Source: Candidatus Eiseniibacteriota bacterium (lineage in GTDB: Bacteria > ARS69). From it: a DNA stretch of 16,265 nucleotides. Within the stretch, counting starts at the first letter, position 1. Every line of letters begins with the position of its first letter. Of this stretch, positions 1-6,236 are shown one piece after another. The stretch lies in contig JBQTGV010000183.1 in NCBI GenBank assembly GCA_052390515.1, positions 1-16,265 of the forward strand. Direction: 5' to 3'. The translations under genes were made by a program, and so were the position numbers. The notes below the pieces were generated by a model. The model did not search any database. It had not been told where the DNA came from and saw only the letters and a list, made by a program, of their open reading frames with translations.

Positions 1-16
1 CCGATCATCCCCCTTC

Positions 17-58
17 GCCCTCCGCCGCCGCGGGGCCGCCGCGGTCGTTCCGGAGGGC
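17..58. other. GC-rich imperfect stem-loop
   Basis: GCCCTCCG (17-24) is the reverse complement of CGGAGGGC (51-58), and inner CCGCGG (28-33) can pair with CCGCGG (39-44). No U-tract follows; function unknown. Confidence 0.4.
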
Positions 59-87
59 AGGCTATCGGAGCCCCTCAAGGGATCATA

Positions 88-121
88 TTTTCCGGAAAAG
101 GTGGGGTCAGAGTTTCCGGAA
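88..121. promoter_or_regulatory. Tandem palindromic boxes, candidate transcription-factor operator
   Basis: Perfect 12-bp palindrome TTTTCCGGAAAA at 88-99. TTTCCGGAA occurs at 89-97 and again at 113-121, just upstream of ATG 138. Confidence 0.35.
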
Positions 122-137
122 CTCACAGCATAGGCAA

Positions 138-702
138 ATGTTCGTCGGAGCCTTGGTGATGCTGGCTACTTGGCCAGGACCCGTGCCCGCACAGCTTGTA
201 GCGAGCAATCGGCTGTCGATCAGCGCGAGCAGCTCAGATGCGTTCCTTAATGCATCAGCAGCCACGAATGGGTTGCGAAGCGTCTTTCTGTGGGTTGTGT
301 GTTCGGATACCGGCGTTGCTGCGCTCGAGGCGGATGTGACAGGGACGCTTGCTCCGCTGGGCTTCGCTGGCGCGAACGGTACGCTCAACGCTGGGGACGC
401 TTCTCATCTTCTCTTGGCGGTACCAGGGTGCGCGCCGAGCGGGTCGGATATCCTACTCGGAAGCTGGCTAGTGTACGACACGGGCGGTGACTTCTGCCTT
501 GGTCCGTCCCGCTGCTAACGGAGTCCTCGCGGTGGTCGGATGCAGCGCGGCCCTGAACGAGGTTGTCCGAGTGACGGGTTTCTCTTCCTCCTCACCAACA
601 CCCTGTGACGTCGGTGAGTCGTATTGCGTTTCCGGAGGGTTTCCGCCGGTGAACGTCGAGTCGTCGTCCTGGGGCCGCCTCAAGACACTTTATCATCGGT
701 GA
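138..702 (+). pseudogene. Frameshifted secreted Cys-containing protein (~187 aa if repaired) with C-terminal SWGRLKTLY motif
   Basis: ORF 138..518 has a signal-peptide-like start (MFVGALVMLATWPGPVPA-Q). Removing one C from the CCC at 508-510 joins it to ORF 487..702 as ...DFCLGPS-AANGVLAVVGC...PVNVESSSWGRLKTLYHR*. The joined protein has six Cys. Could be a true pseudogene or an assembly indel. Confidence 0.75.
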
Positions 703-715
703 GGGGTCCACATAC

Positions 716-1456
716 ATGCAACGGTGCAACGGTCCCTTCGTGCTCACCTCCGCCTTGCTCCTAGCCCCGCTGATGGCTCACAGCCAAGATGCACACGAGG
801 CACTTCCACCCACAGGTCGTGTGTTCGCCTATGGCGAGGAGCTGCTGCCACCGTTCGTGTTCGAGGGAATGGACTCTGATACGCTCCTACTTAACGGTGT
901 TCCGTTCTCGCCGCGGCGTGTAGAGCAGCTGCCGAGTGCCCCCGTTCTCAGCCCTGAGGAGTCAGTACAGCTCGACGAGAACGAGGCAGTGATCAGCACT
1001 CTTGAAGAGAAGGCGAACCTCATAATGAGGGACGCTCCGTCGCGCGAGGCTGGACATAGAGATGTCCTGGAACTGTATAGGGCGTCACCCTATGTCGAGT
1101 CGGTTAGGATCGAGGGAACGTGGGTCCAAGCCAAGTTCACTTTCTACAGCTTCGAAGTCGGAAAGCCGCTGCGCTTTGGCGCAGTTCAAACAGCAAGAGC
1201 GTCCTCACGAGCACAGGAGCTGGAACGACGGCGTGCTGAACGACGTGAGAGGGTGAAGCAGTTCTGGAACTTTCTTGGACACGGCTACCTTGTCGTGCTT
1301 GGCGAGGACTATGAGTTCTTCATGCCGCCGCAGGCGGCGGAGGACATACTCCACCGAGTTCGCGTTGCCGCTGCACAAAAGCGAGTCGAGTCCTCCGGCA
1401 CCTTTGATTACGTGGGTCGATTCCTCGAGGAGGTCGCAAGGAGCGGGGCCAAGTGA
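716..1456 (+). CDS. Secreted hypothetical protein (246 aa)
   Basis: SD-like GAGGGG at 701-706 before ATG 716; signal peptide (FVLTSALLLAPLMAHS-Q); its TGA overlaps the next GTG (GTGA 1453-1456). No recognisable domain. Confidence 0.8.
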   Translation: MQRCNGPFVLTSALLLAPLMAHSQDAHEALPPTGRVFAYGEELLPPFVFEGMDSDTLLLNGVPFSPRRVEQLPSAPVLSPEESVQLDENEAVISTLEEKANLIMRDAPSREAGHRDVLELYRASPYVESVRIEGTWVQAKFTFYSFEVGKPLRFGAVQTARASSRAQELERRRAERRERVKQFWNFLGHGYLVVLGEDYEFFMPPQAAEDILHRVRVAAAQKRVESSGTFDYVGRFLEEVARSGAK

Positions 1457-2016
1457 CAGGGGCTGTCTCCCACGCGTGGCCATGCGGAGTCTCCTTAGCC
1501 ACGTACGTGGTTGTGGTGGCTTGGCCAGTCGCGTGTGCATGGGCTGTGGCAGATACTCCGACCAAGAGCACTATTTACCTTTTCGAGCCACTAAGATACC
1601 AGACCGACTACTGGAATGGATCATGGAACGGGAAGGTCTCCCTGACAGCGCCGTCGATGCGTTACTCCGTTACGCCTTTGTTAGCGACGACTCCCCACAC
1701 GAGACTCCATTTACTAGCATCGAGCCTGCGCTGAATGACTCCGCAGGGGTACTTGTGACACATGGGACAACAAACTTGATCATCCGCGGACATCTCGTTT
1801 GTGACTCCGCACCGTGGACGCGCGGAGGTCAACCTCTATGACGTCACAGGTCGGAAAGTGAAGACGCTGTTGTCGGAAGTGGTTGAGGCAGGGGCACACT
1901 CGGTCCGCTGGAACCGGGACAACCAGAAAGGCAACCGGGTTGCTGCGGGCGTGTACTTCTATCGTCTCAGGTTCGAGGAGACGCAGACGTCTAGGAAAGT
2001 CGTGGTCGTCGACTGA
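1453..2016 (+). pseudogene. Fragmented secreted protein with C-terminal FlgD Ig-like / T9SS-CTD-like domain
   Basis: The 1453 frame gives a hydrophobic signal-like N-terminus and stops at 1732-1734. A protein-like segment continues in another frame (LPDSAVDALLRYAF...GVLVTHG). From 1780 the original frame resumes as SSADISFVTPHRGRAEVNLYDVTGRKVKTLL...SVRWNRDNQKGNRVAAGVYFYRL...RKVVVVD*, a clear FlgD-type tail lacking its first PNP strand. Confidence 0.7.
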
Positions 2017-2211
2017 CGGCTGGTGCCGAGATAACCCACGCCACAAGGGCGCACACTGCAGAATGGCCGCTCACGCTTCGCTCCACACTCCGACAATGAC
2101 GACATCGTCGAGTGTATGTCCAGCACCGGCTGAATGCCAGGATCAAAGAAGCTGCTTGCAGAGTGGCACCTCTCACGTGATGCATCGATCACGGTGGAGA
2201 CCCCGACCGGC

Positions 2212-3054
2212 CTATCGATAGGCCGCCACGAAGGTGATCGCGACATCCCCCGCCAGCCGCTCCACCGGCCAGTCATTGTGACTGGTCTCGTAAGTGATCA
2301 GCGTCCCCTGCTTCGCCACCCTCGCCAGCGCCACGCCGTGCGAGTACGGCACCACCTCATCCTGCCGACCGTGCAGCACGAGCACCGGCCCGTCGTACGC
2401 CGCCACAACGCGCCGATTGTCGAACACGTCGCGCACGAGGAACCCCGGCACCAAGTAGAGTTTGGCGAAGGGCCGCACGCTCGTGAACGTGGAGTGCAGC
2501 ACGAGCCCGGCGACGTCCCGCCGCGCCGCCACGGCGCAAGCCGCCCCGCCGCCGAGAGAGCGCCCGAACGCGAAGATCCGTGCCGGATCGACGTCGCTCC
2601 GCGCGGCCATCCAGTCGTACGCCGCGACCGCCGCCGCCGTGATCGTCGCCTCGGTCGGTTTCCCCGAAGACCGCCCGTATCCCGGGAACTCGACGAGCAG
2701 GACACCCGCGCCGAGCTCGCGAACGCCCCGGACGAGCTCCGGCCAGTCGTCGATCAGCTCGCCGTTCCCGTGGAACCAGAGGAACGCCGGCCGCCGCGTA
2801 GGCGGAGCGGAGGCGTCAGGCGAAGGCGGCGCGGGGGCGGAGTCGGCCGCGGCATCTTCGACGGGGCCGAGCCACCACGCCTCGATCCGCCCGCCCTCCA
2901 CCTCGATCCAGTGCCGCTCGAAGCCCGGCCCCCGCGGCGCCGCGTCCTCCGCCGCCACCCGTGATGTCCCCGGATACATCAAGGTTCGCTGGGCGAAGAA
3001 CACGACGGCCGCATACACGACGTAGACCGCCCCGATGACGAGGATCACGCGCAC
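2212..3054 (-). CDS. Membrane-anchored alpha/beta hydrolase (ABHD13/Bem46/YfhR-like), 280 aa
   Basis: N-terminal TM helix followed by QRTLMYPG; FHGNGE; EFPGYGRS; nucleophile elbow GRSLG; acid in HGRQDEVVP; His in SHND. Confidence 0.92.
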   Translation of the reverse strand: MRVILVIGAVYVVYAAVVFFAQRTLMYPGTSRVAAEDAAPRGPGFERHWIEVEGGRIEAWWLGPVEDAAADSAPAPPSPDASAPPTRRPAFLWFHGNGELIDDWPELVRGVRELGAGVLLVEFPGYGRSSGKPTEATITAAAVAAYDWMAARSDVDPARIFAFGRSLGGGAACAVAARRDVAGLVLHSTFTSVRPFAKLYLVPGFLVRDVFDNRRVVAAYDGPVLVLHGRQDEVVPYSHGVALARVAKQGTLITYETSHNDWPVERLAGDVAITFVAAYR

Positions 3055-3060
3055 CGCCGG

Positions 3061-3066
3061 AGTATA
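3061..3066 (-). promoter_or_regulatory. -10 element TATACT for a probable leaderless hydrolase transcript
   Basis: The minus strand reads TATACT-ccggcg-GTG(3054), with no SD sequence before the GTG. Confidence 0.6.
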
Positions 3067-3102
3067 TCGCCGCGCCGCCCTCCGCCCCGCCGCAAACGGG
3101 GC

Positions 3103-3108
3103 TATACT
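3103..3108 (+). promoter_or_regulatory. -10 element TATACT for the kinase gene
   Basis: Near-consensus hexamer in an otherwise very GC-rich intergenic gap, ~50 nt upstream of ATG 3159; SD GAGGAG at 3148-3153. Confidence 0.6.
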
Positions 3109-3158
3109 GCCCCCCGAAGCGAGCTGCCCGTCCTCGTGACCCCCGGCGAGGAGCGTTG

Positions 3159-5741
3159 ATGCAGGAAGTCTCCCACTACCGAATCGTCGAGCGGCTGGGC
3201 GGCGGCGGAATGGGCGAGGTCTGGCTGGCCGAGGACAAGCGCCTCGAGGGTCACACCGTCGCCGTGAAGTTCCTCAAGTCCGACGTGGCCTCCAGCGCGA
3301 AGGAGAAGAAACGCTTCCTGATCGAGGCGAAGGCGGCATCCTCCCTCGATCACCCGCACATCTGCCGCATGCACGAGATCGACGAGACGGACGACGGCCG
3401 CCTCTTCCTCGTCATGGCCTACTACGACGGCGGCTCCCTGCGTGATCGCCTCAACTCCGGCGGACTCACGCCGCCGGATGCGTTCCGCGTTGCCGTGCAG
3501 ACCGCCGAGGGCTTGGCCTACGCCCACCGCCACGGCGTCGTTCACCGCGACATCAAGCCCGGCAACCTCGTCTTCGCCGCCGACGGACTCGTGCGCATCG
3601 TCGATTTCGGCCTGGCCAAGCTCTCCGGGAACACGCGCCTCACCGTCAGCGGAACGCAGCTCGGCACGGTCTCGTACATGTCGCCGGAGCAGGCCCGCGG
3701 CGAAGACGCCGGCGCGCCCTCCGACCTCTGGTCCCTGGGCGTCGTCCTCTACGAGTCTCTGACCGGCGCGCTTCCGTTCCGCGGCGGCAACCCGCAGTCG
3801 CAGCTCTACTCGATCCTGAACGACGACTACGTGCCGGCTCACGAGCGCAACCCCGAAGTGCCGGCGCCGTGCTCGCTGCTCATCGACCGCTGCCTCCGCA
3901 AGGACCCGAAGGAGCGCTACCCGTCGGCGGAGGAGTTCGTGGCCGACGCCATCGCGGCCTCGCAGAAACTGGGCGACGACTGGAGCCTCTCCAGCCGGAC
4001 AGTCGCCGTCGGCCGGCCCAACGTGCGGCGCCGCCTCACGCGGTGGGCGGCGATCGCCGCGCCGGCGGTGGCAGTAGCCGGTTGGCTCGCCTGGGATCGG
4101 GTTCTGGGGCGAAGCGCCGACGCTTCTCCCTTCGTCACCGATCTCCGCGTGGCGGTCATGCCATTCCAGAACGTGACCGGGCCGGACAACGACGCCCTGG
4201 CGCAGGGACTCTCGAACGCCGTGGCCGAGATGCTGGCCGCGGCCGGCCCGTCGCGCAGGTCCATGTGGGTGGCGGAGCCGCGTCACGTGACCTTCGCCGA
4301 CCTAGCCGAGCCGGACGACGCGAAGGACGCGCTCGGCGTGAACCGCGCCGTCCTCGGTGAGCTGCAGCGCTTCGGCGAAGGGTACCGCCTGACGCTCCGC
4401 CTCCGGGACGTCGTGAAGGGACGAGTCATCGAGTCCGCGACGATCGACTTCGACGCGCGGCGTCCGTCCGCGCTCGTGGAGCAGCTCCCGCGCGTGGTCG
4501 CCGGTCTCCTCGACCTTCCCGCGGGGACCAGGTCCGACTTCGCCGCGCTCCTTCCCCGGGATCCCGCGGCGGCGCTCGGCTACCTGTCGGGCTGGGGCCT
4601 CGTGGAGTCGGATCTTGCCGCCGCCGCGGCCGCGCTCGAGGGCGCCGGCCGGCTGGCTCCGGGGTTCCACCTGGCCCGGGTCCGGCTCGGGCAGGCGCTC
4701 ACCGCCTCCTACGCCGCCGGCCACGACCCCACCGCGATGGCACGCGCGCTCGATGAGCTCGCCGCGGCGCGGCGCGCCGGCGACGCGTCGGCGGCCGGCT
4801 GCCTGGCGCTCGGCGAAGCGCACTTCCACGCCGGGCATGCCGACAGCGCCATCGCCTGGTTCACGCAGGCCGTGCGCCTCGATCCCGGGATGTCCTACGC
4901 GGCGAACCGCGCGGCGAACCTGCTGCGCGCGCAGAACCGCTACGATGAGGCCGACGTTCTGCTCCGCGCGGTCATCGCCCAGGAGCCGGACTACTCCGCG
5001 AACCACCGCGACCGCGGCGCGCACCTGAGCCGCATCCACCGCGCCGACGAGGCGAAGGCCGAGTTCCAGCGGGCGCTCGCGCTCGCGCCGAACGACGCGT
5101 GGTCGCTGAACGCGCTGGGCGCCATCCACTACGACGCCGGCGAGTGGACGGAGGCGGCCGCGCTCTTCGAGCGCTCCTTCCCCATCCTGCCGCCATGCGA
5201 ATCATGCAGCAACGACGGGGCGATGTACTTCTACGCGGGCGATTTCTGGTCGTCCGCGGAGTACTACGACTACGCGATGGCCTACTGCGACACGACAGAT
5301 CACGCGCGCTGGGGGAACCTCGCCAAGGCGCTGTACTGGACGGAAGACGAGAGAAGCCGCGCACTCGAGGCATTCGACCGCGCGATCGGGCTGGCGACAG
5401 GCTGGCTCGAGGCGCACCCCGGCGACACCTTCGCCGCCGTGGACCTCATGGAGTATTACGCGATGAGCGGCCGGGCGGCCGAGGCGCGTGTCCTGCTCGA
5501 CTCCCTCGACGCAGGGTCGGTCCGGGACCAGGATGTGCGCTACCAGATCGGCTGCGTGCTGGAGATTCTTGGTGAAAGAGAAAGGGCGCTGGAGTATATA
5601 TTCGACGTGCTCCGGAGCGGATACCCCCGCGCCATCATCGAAGGAACGCCCGAGCTCCGGGACCTCGTAAGGGATGTCCGCCTCGAGAAACTCTTCCGGG
5701 AAGCGGACACGGAAGCGGGAGGTGCGGCGGCGGGCGCCTAG
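3159..5741 (+). CDS. Hanks-type Ser/Thr protein kinase with TM segment, TolB-like domain and TPR repeats (860 aa)
   Basis: GGGGMGEV, VAVK, HRDIKPGN, DFG, GTVSYMSPEQ and DLWSLG are all intact. TM-like WAAIAAPAVAVAGWLAW follows RRRLTR. RVAVMPFQNVTG...LAQGLS is a TolB-like motif, followed by multiple TPRs. ATG 3159 is preferred over TTG 3156 on SD spacing. Confidence 0.95.
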   Translation: MQEVSHYRIVERLGGGGMGEVWLAEDKRLEGHTVAVKFLKSDVASSAKEKKRFLIEAKAASSLDHPHICRMHEIDETDDGRLFLVMAYYDGGSLRDRLNSGGLTPPDAFRVAVQTAEGLAYAHRHGVVHRDIKPGNLVFAADGLVRIVDFGLAKLSGNTRLTVSGTQLGTVSYMSPEQARGEDAGAPSDLWSLGVVLYESLTGALPFRGGNPQSQLYSILNDDYVPAHERNPEVPAPCSLLIDRCLRKDPKERYPSAEEFVADAIAASQKLGDDWSLSSRTVAVGRPNVRRRLTRWAAIAAPAVAVAGWLAWDRVLGRSADASPFVTDLRVAVMPFQNVTGPDNDALAQGLSNAVAEMLAAAGPSRRSMWVAEPRHVTFADLAEPDDAKDALGVNRAVLGELQRFGEGYRLTLRLRDVVKGRVIESATIDFDARRPSALVEQLPRVVAGLLDLPAGTRSDFAALLPRDPAAALGYLSGWGLVESDLAAAAAALEGAGRLAPGFHLARVRLGQALTASYAAGHDPTAMARALDELAAARRAGDASAAGCLALGEAHFHAGHADSAIAWFTQAVRLDPGMSYAANRAANLLRAQNRYDEADVLLRAVIAQEPDYSANHRDRGAHLSRIHRADEAKAEFQRALALAPNDAWSLNALGAIHYDAGEWTEAAALFERSFPILPPCESCSNDGAMYFYAGDFWSSAEYYDYAMAYCDTTDHARWGNLAKALYWTEDERSRALEAFDRAIGLATGWLEAHPGDTFAAVDLMEYYAMSGRAAEARVLLDSLDAGSVRDQDVRYQIGCVLEILGERERALEYIFDVLRSGYPRAIIEGTPELRDLVRDVRLEKLFREADTEAGGAAAGA

Positions 5742-5787
5742 CCCGTCGGATCCGTGTGGAGAGTCGGACTCGACAAGGAGTGATGCA

Positions 5788-6174
5788 ATGCGTCCTTCTG
5801 GAAAAGGCGCCCCCTGGCCAGCACTCTGCCTCCTGCCGCTCGCCGCCGGGTGCGCGTCGACGCACTACGTGGAAGTGTACATCGCCGACATCGCCGGCTC
5901 GTGCGAGCTCACGGCGGACATGGGGCGAAGTGACATCGACCACATCTACGTGTTCCCGAGCGATGTCATCGTGTGGGTGAACGCCACGGACAGGGACGTC
6001 GAGATCTCGATCGACCCGGGCGCGGTCGAAGCGCTCGAGTTCACGTTGGCGCCGGGCAAGCGGGCGATGACGCCCGTCCTCGAGGGTGCCGGCGGAGATT
6101 CCTACATGATGAACATCGAGTGCGCGGAGGGTGGGAGCAGCGGCCCGAAGATCGTCGTCGGAGATCCACCGTAA
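5788..6174 (+). CDS. Small lipoprotein (128 aa), beta-rich, possibly cupredoxin-like fold
   Basis: SD AAGGAG at 5775-5780 and ATG 5788; lipobox LAAG-C; DVIVWVNATDRDVEI resembles the cupredoxin 'DTVTWVN' strand; ends GPKIVVGDPP*. The ORF-track start at 5674 overlaps the kinase and is unlikely. Confidence 0.8.
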   Translation: MRPSGKGAPWPALCLLPLAAGCASTHYVEVYIADIAGSCELTADMGRSDIDHIYVFPSDVIVWVNATDRDVEISIDPGAVEALEFTLAPGKRAMTPVLEGAGGDSYMMNIECAEGGSSGPKIVVGDPP

Positions 6175-6189
6175 GTGATCGACGGTCGG

Positions 6190-6234
6190 GAGACGCGGGG
6201 CCGCCGGCTGAGCCCTGCGCCGCCCCGCCATCTC
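6190..6234. terminator. Imperfect hairpin between convergent genes, possible bidirectional terminator
   Basis: GAGA(6190-6193)/TCTC(6231-6234) and GCGGGGC(6195-6201)/GCCCCGC(6222-6228) can pair. It fills the gap between the stops at 6174 (+) and 6237 (-). No U-tract. Confidence 0.4.
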
Positions 6235-6236
6235 GG

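Noticed and set aside
1-16. Possible minus-strand gene start (GAAGGGGG-ATG at 8) running off the left edge
   Set aside because: The purine tract abuts the ATG with no spacing and only two codons are visible, so it cannot be supported.
1732-1779. Three in-frame TGA codons (1732, 1756, 1777) between the signal-peptide ORF and the FlgD tail, suggesting TGA read-through or recoding
   Set aside because: TGA is the normal stop of neighbouring genes (702, 1456, 2016, 13939, 15461), the alternative frame reads as more protein-like, and no SECIS-like element is evident. Frameshift or deletion is simpler.
2025-2110. Possible integron attC site after the FlgD fragment (TAAC...CGCTCACGCTTCGCTC)
   Set aside because: There is no RYYYAAC/GTTRRRY complementary pair and no integron integrase in the window.
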